Notes under the pieces: generated by a model
The model's input: only the letters and a program-made list of their open reading frames with translations
Told to the model about the DNA's origin: nothing
Databases searched by the model: none
Part shown: piece by piece, positions 40,701 through 50,328 of the stretch
Position numbering within the stretch: the first letter of the stretch is position 1
How the letters are laid out: each line of letters begins with the position of its first letter
NCBI GenBank assembly: GCA_965203445.1
Contig: OZ241883.1
Span: 192,001 to 256,000 of the forward strand
Direction of reading: 5' to 3'
DNA length: 64,000 nucleotides
Source of the DNA: Candidatus Oxydemutator sp.
GTDB lineage: Bacteria > Pseudomonadota > Gammaproteobacteria > Poriferisulfidales > Oxydemutatoraceae
Program-made: the position numbers and the translations under genes

Positions 40701-43700
40701 GATCCGGATCAAAGTGTCGGCGGCCACGGCCGTGGCCGTGACCCGCAGGCTGGTCACCGTCTCGACAACGTTCAACGTGTAATTGGCCTGCACGGGGTCG
40801 AAGTTCAAGACGCCCGCGGAAACCATCAAGCCCGCAAGATAGTCGCGCCTCTTCGACATCGTGACGGTGTACGCTTTGTCAGTCCCGTCCATGGCCGTTA
40901 CCGTGATCGTCAGCGTCGTCGCACCGACCCGCGGCAGCGATATTTCGGTGCCGCTCCCCATAACGCCGTTTGTGTCCACCCACGAGAAGTCCAACGTCGC
41001 CCCGACGCCGGCGGCCGTCGCGGACACCGTAACCCGCTCCACGGACGGCAACCCGACGAGCGTACCGTAGGACAACCTGTCCGCGTCAAACTCGCCTATG
41101 TCATACTCCCCTTCCTCGACCGACGACACGCGCAAACTCCGCAAGTCCGCGTTCGATGACCGCAACCTTTCTACCGTGATCTGGTAGGCTTTCCTTGTGA
41201 CGCCGTCCTCGGCCGTAACCATGATATTGACCTCGGTTTCTACGCCCGCCGTAAGATTCACCTGATGGCCGGCAAGGTCGCGGTCGGCATCGGTGGGCGT
41301 TATGGCCACGTCGGCACTACCGTCGCGCACCACCGCGGTAACCGTCACAACGGCCGCCGCAAACGGCACGACGACGGTATGCCGCGTCGTCATGCCGCCG
41401 GCAAGATCAAATAGCCGAACTACACCGACCTCCGAAGAAATACCCAATTCGCTCAACTCCGCGTCCGACGACGCCGCGCGCGTCACCGTGACGACGTAGG
41501 CTTTGCTCGTCATCCCGTCCTGCGCCGTTACCGTCGCCGTGACCACGTGCGCACCGACGCCGAGCTCCACCGTCTCGCCCGGCTCGATCTCCACTTGAGC
41601 ACCGGCGTGGCTGGCGGTCGCCGCAATCATCAGACTGCGCACCTCGGCGCCGACGTTCGCGCTATAGGCGGTGACCGCGCTGCTGAAGGTCGGATCCAAT
41701 ACGACGCCGCCCGACAGCGCCAAAGCCGACAGGTTCGCATCCGACGACGCCACCACGCGCGTTATCTCCACGGTGTAGGTCCTCGAATATTCCGTCCCGC
41801 CCACCGTGCGGGTCACCGTTATCGTCGTGCGCGTCGTCTCGCCGGGGGTCAAATTCTGCGTTTCGTCGGCAAAACTCTCGTTGTCATAGGTGCGTTCTAC
41901 GTCGGAGACGGTGACCTCGGCCCTGTCCCTCGGCGTTCCGTTCACGGTTACCCGCGCCACCTCATACGGCACCTCGACCGTGTAACCAAGCGTCTGGCCG
42001 TCAAACTCAGGCACCAGCGTCCCCGGTGTAACCGACAGCGACTCCAGCCCGACCGTCAGATCGTCGCGCGTAATCACCACCGTGTAGCCCTTCGTCGTAA
42101 CCCCGTCCGGCGCCGTTACCACGATCGCGACGGTGACGCTCAGGCCGCGCCCTATGGAAATGCTGCGGCCCGCACCTCTGGCTACCGCCATCCCGTCAAT
42201 CTCGACCGTGGCGTCGCCGGCGTTGGCCATCGGCGTCACTACCACGCTGGCCACGGTATCGGTTGTGTTCGCGCTATAGGCGAGGGTCGCGCTGCTGAAG
42301 GCCGGATCCAATACGGCACCGTCCGACAGCGCCAAAGCCGACAGGTTCGCATCCGACGACGCAAGCCGCGTCACCGTGACGACGTAGGCTTTGCTCGTAA
42401 CCCCGTCCTGCGCCGTTACCGTCGCCGTGACCACGTTCTCGCCGACACTGAGTTCCACCGTCTCGCCCGGCTCGATCTCTACCGAAGCACCGGCGTGGCT
42501 GGCGGTCGCCGCAATCATCAGACTGCTCACCTCCTCGACGACGTTCGCGCTATAGGCGGTGACCGCGCTGCTGAAGGCCGGCTCCAATACAACGCCGCCC
42601 GACAGCGCCAAAGCCGACAGGTTCGCATCCGACGACGGCGCCACGCGCGTTATCTCCACGGTATAGGTCCTGGAATATTCCGTCTCGCCCACGTCGCGGG
42701 TCACCGTTATCGTCGTGCGCGTTGTCTCCCCGGGGGTCAAATTCTGCGTTCCGTCGGCAAAACTCTCGTTGTCATAGGTGCGTTCCACGTCGGAGACGGT
42801 GACCTCGGCCCTGCCCCTCGGCGCCCCGCTCACGGTTACCTGCGTTACCTCATACGGCACCTCGACCGTGTAACCAAGCGTCTGGCCGTCAAACTCAGGC
42901 ACCAGCGTCCCCGGTGTAACCGACAACGATTCCAGCCCGACCGTCAGATCGTCGCGCGTAACCACCACCGTGTAGCCGTTCGTCGTAACCCCGTCCGACG
43001 CCGTTACCTCGATCGCGACGGTGACGCTCAGGCCGCGCCCTATGGAGATGCTGCGGCCAGCACCTCTGGCTACCGCCACCCCGTCAATCTCGACCGTGGC
43101 GTCGCCGTCGTCGGCCATCGGCGTCACTACCACGCTGGCCACGGTATCGGTTACGTTCACACGATAGACGAGGGTCGTGCTGCTGAAAGCCGGCTCCAGT
43201 TCCCCGGGCGATACGCCCAGCGCCGACAGACTGGCGGCGGGCGAACCGGCCCGGATTACGTCCACGTAGTAGTTCCTCTGAAAGCCACCAACGTCATTGT
43301 CTATTCGCAGGCTTCTCGTGGCCCCCGCTCGCAGAGTAACATCCTGGTTGTATTCTCTGGTGCTGCCCGTACCATGGCCGCCCAAGAGGGCATTGCCTCC
43401 TCCTGTAACGTCATAATAATAAAGCTGGCTATAGTTCCTGGCAGTGCGCTGATCCTGCACGGTCATGAACCGGATGCTCGTCACGCGGTGCGGCACGCGC
43501 ACGGTGTACAGGTTCCCGGCCCCATGCCGGTCGGTGGCGAACGGCGGCGTCAGCGTGCCCTCCGACACGCGCATCGTGGCGATATATCTCGAGGGACTCG
43601 CGCGCCCGCGCGTGACGTTGACGGTGTAGGCTTGTTGTGTGCCGTCGCTTCCCGTCGCCACGATTCCCACTGCGTTGGCGCCCAAACGCAAACCGTCGGG

Positions 43701-46700
43701 CAGACCGACCGTGGTCGCCGCCACGCCGCTCGCCGTCGTCGAACCGTCGCCCGCCGGATCGGTGATCCGTATCATCGTGTCGCCGGCGACGGCCGTCGCG
43801 GTAACCCGCAGGCTGGTTACGATATTGGCTACATTCACCGTGTAGGCGGCCTGTGTGCCGCGGAAGTTCAAGGTGCCCGCGGAAACCATCAAGTCCGCAA
43901 GGCGCCCGCGGCTCTTCGACACCGCAACGGTGTATTCTTTCTCGCTCCCGTCCTGGGCCGTTACCGTGATCGTCAGCGTCGTCGCACCGACCGGCAGCAG
44001 CGACAATGCGGTGCCGACGCCCGCTCCACCGTCCGCGTCCGCCCACGAGTAGTCCAGCGTCGCCGCAAAACCGGCGGTCGTCGCAAGCACCGTGACCTGA
44101 TCGACCGAAAGCTGCTCGACGGTCAACTCGTAGGCCAAGGTGTCGGCGTCGAACGTGCCGATGGACAACTCGCCGACCCCGGCCGCCGATACGCGCAGAC
44201 TCTGCAAGTCGGCGTTCGACGACAACGCTCTGTCCACCGTGATCCGGTACGCCTGCATCGCCATGCCGTCCTCGGCCGTCACCCGGATATTGATCGCGGT
44301 TTCCACGCCCGCCACAAGATTCACCTGATGGCCGGGAACGCCCGCGTCGGCGTCGTCGGGGGTTATGGTCACGTCAGCGCCAGCGTGGCGAGCAACCGCG
44401 GTAACCGTCACGACGCTCGCCGCGAACGGCACCGAAATGGCATGCTCCGTCGTGTCGCCGGCAAGGTCGAATCGAGTCACGCCGACCCCTGAGGAAACCC
44501 CCAGCTCCGCCAAGTCCGCGTCCGACGACGCCGCTTCCCGCATAGCCTTGATTTCGTATCTCTTCCTCGTGGTGCCGTCCTCGGCCGTAACCCGGATCGT
44601 GATGGTGGTCGTCGCGCCCGCCCTGAGATTCACTTGCTGATTCACTCGGTGGCCGTCGGCGTCAACGGCGGCGTCGGCCGGAGCTACGACGCTCAACCTG
44701 GCTCTGCGGTCGCGGGCGACCGCGGTAACCGTAACGATGCCCACCGGAAACGGCACGAGAACGGTGTGCTGCGTCGCCGCGGCAAGATCGAACCGTTGCA
44801 TCACGCCGCTGTCCGTGGAAACTCCCAACTCCGCCAAGTCCGCGTCCGACGACACCGGGCGCGTTACCGTGATGACGTAGGCCTTCTCCGTTACTCCGTC
44901 CTGCGCCGTTACCGTGGCCGTGATGACGTTCGCGCCGGGCGCAAGATCCACCGTCTCACCCGGCTCTATGCGCACCGTGGCATTGGCATCATTGGCGGTC
45001 GCCGACACCGCCAAACGCGACACCGAGGAGTCCGCGGTGGCTGTATAGGCCGTGGTCGCGCTGCTGAAAGCCGGTACCAGTTCTCCCGGCGATATGCCCA
45101 ACGCCGACAGGTTGGCGTCGGAACTGCCGGCGCGGATTACGTCCACGAAGTATCTTCTGTCAGTAGGATTGCGATGGCCACTACTCACGTCTATTCGCAG
45201 GTTCCTCGTCCCCACCTGCAGATTATCAACGGTCTGATCATGGCTCGAGAATAAGCCACCAAAATGGGAACCGAACGGGAGGCTAGGACTTCCTTCTGTG
45301 ACATCGTAAAAGTAAACGCTATCATAGAGGGTGCTACTCGGAATGGGCCTTGCCGTGATCCTGAACTGGACGCTTGTCACCCGGTGCGGCACGCGCACCG
45401 TGTATGGGTCTTCCCTGCTCCCGAAGCGGTCGCCGGCAAACGGCGGCACCAGCACGTACCCCTGCACGCTCAAATCGGCCAAACGCCCACGGCCAGCCTG
45501 AGCGCGCACGACGTCGACGGTGTAGGTGCCGTTCGTGCCGTCGCTCCCCGTGGCCGTGATCTCCACCCTGTTGGAACCGGGACGCAAACCGCCGGGCAGG
45601 CCGATGATTGTCGTCGCCTCGGCGCCCGCCGTTATCGTACCGTCGCCCGCCGGATCGGTGATCCGTATCATCGTGTCGCCGACGACGGCCGTCGCGGTAA
45701 CCCGCAGGCTGGTTACGATATTGGCTACATTCACCGTGTAGCCGGCCTGCGTGCCGCGGAAGTTCAAAGTGCCCTCGGAAACCATCAAGTCCGCAAGGCG
45801 CCCGCGGCTCTTCGACACCGCAACGGTGTATTCTTTCTCGCTCCCGTCCTGGGCCGTCACCGTGATCGTCAGCGTCGTCGCACCGACCGGCAACAGCGTC
45901 AGTTCGGTGCCGACGCCCGAACCACCGTCCGCGTCCGTCCACGAGTAGTCTAACGTCGCCGCATAACCGGCGGTCGTCGCAAACACCGTGACCTGCTCGA
46001 CCGACAGCTGCTCGACGAACAACTCGTAGGCCAACGTGTCGGCGTCGAACGTGCCGATGGACAACTCGCCGACCTCGGTCGCCGACACGCGCAGACTCTG
46101 CAAGTCGGCGTTCGACGACAACGGTCTGTCCACCGTGATCCGGTACGCCTGCGTCGTCACGCCGTCCTCGGCCGTAACCCGGATATTGATCGTGGTTTCC
46201 GCGCCCGCCCCAAGAGCCACCTGGTGGCCGGGAACGTCGCGGTCGCCGTCGGCGGGAGTTATGATCACGTCGGCACCACCGCGGCGGGCGACCGCGGTAA
46301 CCGTCACGACGCTTGCCGCGAACGGCACCGAAACGGTATGCCTCGTCGTCGTGCCGGCGACGTCAAACGATCGGTTCACGCCGTTTCCAAACACGCGCAA
46401 CTCGCGCAACTTCGCGTCGGACGACGGCGCCTCCCGCATAGCCTTGATTTCGTATCTCTTCCTCGTGGTGCCGTCTTCGGCCGTAACCGTGACGGTGATG
46501 GTGATGGTCTCACCCGCCGGAACATTCACCCGGTAGCCGGAAGCGTCGCCGGCGGCGACGGCGGCGTCCGAAGTTACGTTCAGCCCGGCTCTGTCGTCGC
46601 GGGCGACCGCGGTAACCGTAACGACGCCCACCGTGAACGGCACGACAATGGAGTGCTTTGTGGTCGCGGCAAGATCAAATCGTTGCATCACGCCGACTCC

Positions 46701-49700
46701 CGAGGAAACGCTCAACTCGGCCAGATCCGCGTCCGACGACGCTTGCCGCGTTACCGTGATGACGTAGGCCCTCTCTGTATCCCCGTCCTGCGCCGTTACC
46801 GTGGCCGTGATCACGTTCGCACCAAGCGCAAGATCCACCGTCTCGCCCGGTTGGATATCCACCGTGGCACGGCTATCCGCGGCCGTCGCCGACACCGTCA
46901 AACTTCTCACCGAAGCATCAACGGTGGCGGTGTACATCGTGCGCGCGAGGTTGAAAGTCTGCGCCAAGGTCCCCGGCGAAATGCTCAAATCCGACAGGTT
47001 GGCGTTATTCGAGGGAGCTCGGGTTACGTCCACGTAGTAGGCCCGAGCTTGCTTGATTACCACGACTTCCCTCGTCATTCCAGTCATCGGCAAGGTCACA
47101 TTCCTTGAATGGAAGGCGTTAATGGCAGTACTTCGATCACCATCAATGGTTATGGTCATAAATCCCTGCCGTTGAGATTCAGCAGCTGCCACCGTTTGTA
47201 CAATGTTCCTATCCAGGAGGACGGTATACCTGCGATTACTCCCATACCAGTCGGCGGCGAACGGCGGTTCCAGCCGCCCCGGGGAAAAAGTCAGTTCATA
47301 CACGAAACGCGCGTTAGAGGGGTCGGCGCGCACGGCGTTGATGGTGTAATCGCTCGACTGACCGCCGCTCGCCGTTACCGTGATAAAGAAGCTGTTGACG
47401 TTGTCCATGGCATTGCGGACACCCGCAAGCCTGTCGCGTGAACGACGGTGAAAGCCATCGGGCAAACCGACGGTGGTGGCCACAACGTCTCCGCCCGAGA
47501 TGAAACCTTGCGTCCCCGGCACGTCGGTGATCGTGATCGTCGCGTTTCTTTCGAGGGCCGTCGCGGTAACCCGCAGATGGGTCACCACCTCGCCGAAGTT
47601 CAAATCGTACGTAGTTACCGCGTTGGCGAAGTTGAAACCAATGTTGCGGGAAGGCGTCAGATTATCAACGATCATCAAATTCGCCAGATGCGACGCACTC
47701 TTCTCGACCGTTACGACGTAGGTCTTGCTCGCCTGCGCGTTATGCGCGGTAACCACGACCGTGTTCGTAATCAGGCTGCCCGTACCGAAGCGTGCTTCTC
47801 CCGTGCCCGATTCGCCCGCGTCGTTGTTCCACGAGATGACCCTGGTCGCGCTGACGTAGTCGGTCTGCGCGGTGACCGTAACCCCGGTGGTGTCCTGGGA
47901 GACGTACGCGTCGTATCTCACGTTCTCGGGGGTAAATCTGACCAATGGCAAGGGCCCGACGCCGGGCGCCGATACGCGCAAACTGCGCAGGTTCGCATTG
48001 GCGGACAGGTCGCGGGTCGCGGTTATGCTATAGGTTCTTAAGGTCTCGCGGTCTTCGGCCGTAACCGTAATACGGATAACGCGGGGAACGCCCGGAACAA
48101 GCATCACCTGGTGGCCGGCGACGCCGCCGTTTTCGTCGTCCGGCGTTATCGTGAGCGACGCGTAGACGTCAGCGTCGGTACGCGCCACCACCGTAACGAC
48201 GTCGGCCGTGAACGGTACCCTGATAGCGTGCCGCGTTACGGCGACGGCAAGCGACTGATTCAGACCGGCCCCCGAAAGGCGCAACTCGCTCAACTGCACA
48301 ACGTCCGACGGCGCCTCGCGCGTGATTGTCAGCCGGTATTGCAGCCGGCTGCCGTCCGAACCGATGGCCGCGATATGGACCACGGTCTCGGTGTTTTCAC
48401 CAAGCTCCACCTGGTGGCCGTCGGTGCCGGGATGCGCGTCGCGCGGCATTATCTCAGGCGGCGGATTGCCTTGTTGGAGATCCGTCTCCACCGTCACAAC
48501 GCTCGCCCGGTGCGGCACCGTGACGGCGTGCTCGGTCGCGCCGATGGCAACGTCAAACGACTCGGTCACTCGCACGTCGCCGTCGTCCCACGCAATGCCC
48601 AAACCGGTCAGTTGCGCGGCCAGCGGCACGTTTCGCGTTATCGTGACGACGTATTCCCGCGTCGTGTAATCCTCGGCCTCGACCGTGATCGTTACCTGGG
48701 TGCTGGCGCCGGGGCTTAACGGCGACACCTGATGACCGGCGCGCACCCCATCGGCGTCGCCCGCCGCCGAGCGGATGACCGGGGGGTAGCGCCCGTCGGC
48801 GGCTGCCGCGGACACGGTAACGCTGTCCACGTCAACGACGGCAACCGAGTATTGCGTGGTCGCAGCGCTGAAGGAAGGAACCAGGAAGCCCGGCGTCACG
48901 GTCAGGCTGGCTAAGCGGTTCTCGCTGGAGGCGCGCGGCTGAATCGCAAATTGGCGGGCGGTGTCCACGACGACGCCCGACGACCCGTAGCGCAGCACCG
49001 GATACTGGGTGCGGTCGCCGAAATCCCACGGATAGTCGCCGCCGGCAACGCCGTTCAGATCGAGGTTCCAGCCGCTGTAAATGCCGGTGTAGGTGGTCGG
49101 CGCGCGCAGTTGTCTGCCGGTCTGGGCGACGCCGCCGTTCACGTCTAAGAAACCAAAGCCCACACCGCTTGATTGGCCCGTGGCTTCGCGGTCCCAGTAA
49201 CTGTTTGAGATGATTCTGTTGCTGTTGTTTTGTCCCGTACCGGAAGTTCCCACCAAGCCACCCCGTCGAGCACCCGCACCCACCGGGCCGGCCGCATAAC
49301 TGGCGGAAATAGTTATATAGCTAAATATACTACCCACCAGACCACCATGATAGTTGTTGTTTCCACCGCCGACACCGACAGAAGCTATCGCGTAACTGTT
49401 TCTGATCAGGAGAGGGGCTTGTACATTAGAGAGTACTGAGCCTATCAAGCCCCCGACACCTCTCGAGGAGCCTGCTCCTCCTTGGCTTCGGACGGAACCG
49501 GTAACGTAACAAGCAGAGAGGATCGAAACACTGCCACCTGCACTAGCACCTTGGGCAAAGGCTGACATAATCCCCCCCGCCCTTATTGATCCCATCACGT
49601 CCACGTTGACCAGACCGACTCCTTCCACGACGATTCCATTCCTAGTATCGTTTGCGATGCCTGCGAACAAACCGACGTTCTCAGTCGGACGATTGATGTA

Positions 49701-50183
49701 CATGTTGGAAATAGTGTGGCCGTTGCCGCGGAAGTTTGTTCGAAACAGCCTGTCAATGACTAGGGAATTACCAGTATCGCCGATCGGAGCCCAACCCTCG
49801 GTGCTGCTCGCCTTGCTCCAGCGCGACCCGGCGAAGTCCAGGTCGGCCGTCAGTTCGTAGCCGATGCAGTTGCCCGCCGGGCAGCCCATGTGCGGGGTAC
49901 TTTGCGGGTTGGGAAAAGCCCGCGCGTAGTTCTGGTTGTCTGCGCCGTTGTCGGCCCGCCCGTCGCCGTCCAGGTCGTAGCGTACCGCGTTCAGCTTCTC
50001 CAGGCTGTCTATATCAATCAGACCGTCTTCGTCCGCGTCGTACTTGCCCGCCTGCTGAGCATGCACCGCCGTCCCGACCAGCGATGCGACCAGCACCGCA
50101 CAAGCCAGCGAGAAAGGCAAACCGAAGTGGGCCGACGCGCGCGCGCGCCTCGCGCCGTTTATACGGTCAACAACGGTGAACAT
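34746..50183 (-). CDS. giant secreted adhesin: N-terminal GLUG-like region, dozens of cadherin-like beta-sandwich repeats, C-terminal dockerin/EF-hand-like domain
   Basis: Uninterrupted ORF; signal peptide ending VHA-Q; GGLVG/GGLIG motifs; repeated SSDAxLSxL...VTAxDGTT..YxITVTR; C-terminal VFLQGAY, DWVLVELR, GDVDRDNDID. Confidence 0.88.
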   Translation of the reverse strand: MFTVVDRINGARRARASAHFGLPFSLACAVLVASLVGTAVHAQQAGKYDADEDGLIDIDSLEKLNAVRYDLDGDGRADNGADNQNYARAFPNPQSTPHMGCPAGNCIGYELTADLDFAGSRWSKASSTEGWAPIGDTGNSLVIDRLFRTNFRGNGHTISNMYINRPTENVGLFAGIANDTRNGIVVEGVGLVNVDVMGSIRAGGIMSAFAQGASAGGSVSILSACYVTGSVRSQGGAGSSRGVGGLIGSVLSNVQAPLLIRNSYAIASVGVGGGNNNYHGGLVGSIFSYITISASYAAGPVGAGARRGGLVGTSGTGQNNSNRIISNSYWDREATGQSSGVGFGFLDVNGGVAQTGRQLRAPTTYTGIYSGWNLDLNGVAGGDYPWDFGDRTQYPVLRYGSSGVVVDTARQFAIQPRASSENRLASLTVTPGFLVPSFSAATTQYSVAVVDVDSVTVSAAAADGRYPPVIRSAAGDADGVRAGHQVSPLSPGASTQVTITVEAEDYTTREYVVTITRNVPLAAQLTGLGIAWDDGDVRVTESFDVAIGATEHAVTVPHRASVVTVETDLQQGNPPPEIMPRDAHPGTDGHQVELGENTETVVHIAAIGSDGSRLQYRLTITREAPSDVVQLSELRLSGAGLNQSLAVAVTRHAIRVPFTADVVTVVARTDADVYASLTITPDDENGGVAGHQVMLVPGVPRVIRITVTAEDRETLRTYSITATRDLSANANLRSLRVSAPGVGPLPLVRFTPENVRYDAYVSQDTTGVTVTAQTDYVSATRVISWNNDAGESGTGEARFGTGSLITNTVVVTAHNAQASKTYVVTVEKSASHLANLMIVDNLTPSRNIGFNFANAVTTYDLNFGEVVTHLRVTATALERNATITITDVPGTQGFISGGDVVATTVGLPDGFHRRSRDRLAGVRNAMDNVNSFFITVTASGGQSSDYTINAVRADPSNARFVYELTFSPGRLEPPFAADWYGSNRRYTVLLDRNIVQTVAAAESQRQGFMTITIDGDRSTAINAFHSRNVTLPMTGMTREVVVIKQARAYYVDVTRAPSNNANLSDLSISPGTLAQTFNLARTMYTATVDASVRSLTVSATAADSRATVDIQPGETVDLALGANVITATVTAQDGDTERAYVITVTRQASSDADLAELSVSSGVGVMQRFDLAATTKHSIVVPFTVGVVTVTAVARDDRAGLNVTSDAAVAAGDASGYRVNVPAGETITITVTVTAEDGTTRKRYEIKAMREAPSSDAKLRELRVFGNGVNRSFDVAGTTTRHTVSVPFAASVVTVTAVARRGGADVIITPADGDRDVPGHQVALGAGAETTINIRVTAEDGVTTQAYRITVDRPLSSNADLQSLRVSATEVGELSIGTFDADTLAYELFVEQLSVEQVTVFATTAGYAATLDYSWTDADGGSGVGTELTLLPVGATTLTITVTAQDGSEKEYTVAVSKSRGRLADLMVSEGTLNFRGTQAGYTVNVANIVTSLRVTATAVVGDTMIRITDPAGDGTITAGAEATTIIGLPGGLRPGSNRVEITATGSDGTNGTYTVDVVRAQAGRGRLADLSVQGYVLVPPFAGDRFGSREDPYTVRVPHRVTSVQFRITARPIPSSTLYDSVYFYDVTEGSPSLPFGSHFGGLFSSHDQTVDNLQVGTRNLRIDVSSGHRNPTDRRYFVDVIRAGSSDANLSALGISPGELVPAFSSATTAYTATADSSVSRLAVSATANDANATVRIEPGETVDLAPGANVITATVTAQDGVTEKAYVITVTRPVSSDADLAELGVSTDSGVMQRFDLAAATQHTVLVPFPVGIVTVTAVARDRRARLSVVAPADAAVDADGHRVNQQVNLRAGATTTITIRVTAEDGTTRKRYEIKAMREAASSDADLAELGVSSGVGVTRFDLAGDTTEHAISVPFAASVVTVTAVARHAGADVTITPDDADAGVPGHQVNLVAGVETAINIRVTAEDGMAMQAYRITVDRALSSNADLQSLRVSAAGVGELSIGTFDADTLAYELTVEQLSVDQVTVLATTAGFAATLDYSWADADGGAGVGTALSLLPVGATTLTITVTAQDGSEKEYTVAVSKSRGRLADLMVSAGTLNFRGTQAAYTVNVANIVTSLRVTATAVAGDTMIRITDPAGDGSTTASGVAATTVGLPDGLRLGANAVGIVATGSDGTQQAYTVNVTRGRASPSRYIATMRVSEGTLTPPFATDRHGAGNLYTVRVPHRVTSIRFMTVQDQRTARNYSQLYYYDVTGGGNALLGGHGTGSTREYNQDVTLRAGATRSLRIDNDVGGFQRNYYVDVIRAGSPAASLSALGVSPGELEPAFSSTTLVYRVNVTDTVASVVVTPMADDGDATVEIDGVAVARGAGRSISIGRGLSVTVAIEVTASDGVTTNGYTVVVTRDDLTVGLESLSVTPGTLVPEFDGQTLGYTVEVPYEVTQVTVSGAPRGRAEVTVSDVERTYDNESFADGTQNLTPGETTRTTITVTRDVGETEYSRTYTVEITRVAPSSDANLSALALSGGVVLEPAFSSAVTAYSANVVEEVSSLMIAATASHAGASVEIEPGETVELSVGENVVTATVTAQDGVTSKAYVVTVTRLASSDANLSALALSDGAVLDPAFSSATLAYSANTTDTVASVVVTPMANAGDATVEIDGMAVARGAGRSISIGRGLSVTVAIVVTAPDGVTTKGYTVVITRDDLTVGLESLSVTPGTLVPEFDGQTLGYTVEVPYEVARVTVNGTPRDRAEVTVSDVERTYDNESFADETQNLTPGETTRTTITVTRTVGGTEYSRTYTVEITRVVASSDANLSALALSGGVVLDPTFSSAVTAYSANVGAEVRSLMIAATASHAGAQVEIEPGETVELGVGAHVVTATVTAQDGMTSKAYVVTVTRAASSDAELSELGISSEVGVVRLFDLAGGMTTRHTVVVPFAAAVVTVTAVVRDGSADVAITPTDADRDLAGHQVNLTAGVETEVNIMVTAEDGVTRKAYQITVERLRSSNADLRSLRVSSVEEGEYDIGEFDADRLSYGTLVGLPSVERVTVSATAAGVGATLDFSWVDTNGVMGSGTEISLPRVGATTLTITVTAMDGTDKAYTVTMSKRRDYLAGLMVSAGVLNFDPVQANYTLNVVETVTSLRVTATAVAADTLIRITDPVGDGSITASGGAATIIGLPGGLRHGSNRVEIALTGSDGTRNTYVVNVVRAAVGFGFLGRLSTLDVSQGHLVPPFASGRLGSENRYVVRVPNQVTSVRVTMGLNPDTEGGVAYDGIRFYQGDTLLLSRPRSFAPGSNRVTQDVGDLPVGTTSVRIAVGNTNHDVDRSTIGSYYVDIIRAEPSSDADLSALGISPGSLSESFYSTRTSYTATVGVSVFRIAVVATARDVNATVRIEPSEMVELAPGANVITATVTAQNGVTSKAYVITVTRSVSSDAELSELGISSGDGVVRLFELAGGVTRHTITAAPAAAVVTVTAVARHGGADVTITPDDADGAVPGHQVSLTAGEETEVNIAVTAEDGATRRAYRITLDRPLPSNADLRSLRVSATEVGEFAIGEFDADTLSYRLIVEPLSVDEVTVFAAPADSAATLDYSWVNVRNAAGSGAEISLLPVGVTTLTVTVTAQDGTMKAYTVAVSKSRARLSGLRVSVGLLRFRATRADYTLNVAETVASVRVGATAIARDTTIRIIDPVGDGSTTATAEATTIVGLPDGLAHGSNRVEVVVTGSDGTSNTYVVNIIRAVSSNANLSALALSGGVVLDPAFSSAVTAYSANVGEEVSSVMVAATASHASARVEIEPGELVELSVGENAVTATVTAQDGTTRQAYVITVTRAASSEAGLSELGVSGVGVSRMFDLAGGVTEHAIRVQPAVGVVTVTAVSIDARATVAITPADADDDVPGHQVSLVEGGVTTIGVTVTAEDETTQAYRIVVDRSAVLSSDATLSALALSGGGVLDPAFSSATFVYSASVTDTVASVEVTPMANDGDATVEIDGVAVAGGAGRSISIGRGLSATVAIVVTAPDGVTTNGYTVVVTRDDLTVGLESLSVTPGTLVPEFDGQTLGYTVEVPYEVTRVTVSGTPRGRAEVTASSVKRTYDNESFADETQNLTPGETTRTTITVTRTVGETEYSRTYTVEITRDAASSDANLSALALSGGVVLEPAFSSVTTTYSASVGAEVSSLMVAATASHAGASVEIEPGELVELEVGANAVTATVTAQDGTTRKAYVITVTRAASSDANLSDLALSDGIVLDPAFSSAVTAYSASVGAEVSSLMVAATASHAGASVEIEPGELVELSVGENAVTATVTAEDGTTRKAYVITVTRAASSDANLSALALSGGVVLDPAFSSAVTAYSASVGAEVSSLMVAATASHAGAQVEIEPGELVELSVGANAVTATVTAQDGTTRKAYVITVTRAASSDANLSDLALSGGIVLDPTFSSAVTAYSANVGAEVSSVMVAATASHAGAQVEIEPGETVELEVGANAVTATVTAEDGMTRKAYVITVTRAASSDANLSALALSDGIVLDPTFSSAVTAYSANVGAEVSSVMVAATASHAGAQVEIEPGELVELSVGANAVTATVTAQDGTTRKAYVITVTRAASSDANLSALALSDGVVLDPTFSSAVTAYSASVGAEVSSVMVAATASHAGAQVEIEPGETVELEVGANAVTATVTAQDGTTRKAYVITVTRAGSSDATLSSLALSGGVVLEPAFNSATFAYRASVTDTVARVEVTPVANDGNATITVDDATLGRGASHSLTLVRGAVTSVTFVVTAQDGVTTRGYTVGVARDDLTVGLESLSLSAGTLTPAFDGLTLDYTVEVSPDVARVTVSGTPRGSAEVTVSDVTRTHGARFDRETQDLTPGETTRATITVTRTVRGTEYFRTYTVEIMRASQYTVQVGVFLQGAYDGGRMSTDLIRRLPASQPYGAAPWNAPSVTAPGLSAGDFGLAAVTDTVVDWVLVELRKTARGARAASATVSQARAAALLLSDGTVAGVDGDRLRTEGVDFTLDIDDASEDLWVLVHHRNHLSVMATATSTGCAGADYCFDFRSRQSHPSRQAVLAGGRYAMFAGDVDRDNDIDADDEAVIRTRNLAIIGAGGYGMNADLDFDGEVLSADRYYIILNTNGSAAPACAICAVRQP
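36085..37752 (-). repeat. six near-identical 276-bp (92-aa) tandem repeats in the adhesin
   Basis: GCATCCGACGAC recurs at 36085, 36361, 36637, 36913, 37189, 37465 and 37741. Confidence 0.9.
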
Positions 50184-50299
50184 TTTCTCCAGCAAAACAC
50201 AGTCGGGCCTTCTTTGCGACCACCCCCGTCGCTGTGCCACCATATGGAACGCCCTCGGCAAGGACAAACACGAATGATCGGGGGAAGTAAAGGGGGCGC

Positions 50300-50328
50300 A
50301 GTATACCCCTTTCCGGCCCCCGCTGCAA
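50300..50328 (-). promoter_or_regulatory. sigma70-like promoter for the adhesin
   Basis: TTGCAG-17 nt-TATACT on the minus strand; the -10 region is duplicated 70 bp upstream. Confidence 0.65.

Noticed and set aside
35007-44492. Long plus-strand ORFs (1604 aa and 981 aa) and many other overlapping ORFs
   Set aside because: Antisense or alternate-frame shadows of GC-rich genes; Arg/Ala-rich with no recognisable motifs.
34746-50183. Diversity-generating retroelement acting on the adhesin
   Set aside because: No reverse transcriptase in the window and no template/variable pair differing only at adenines; the variable domains also differ by indels.
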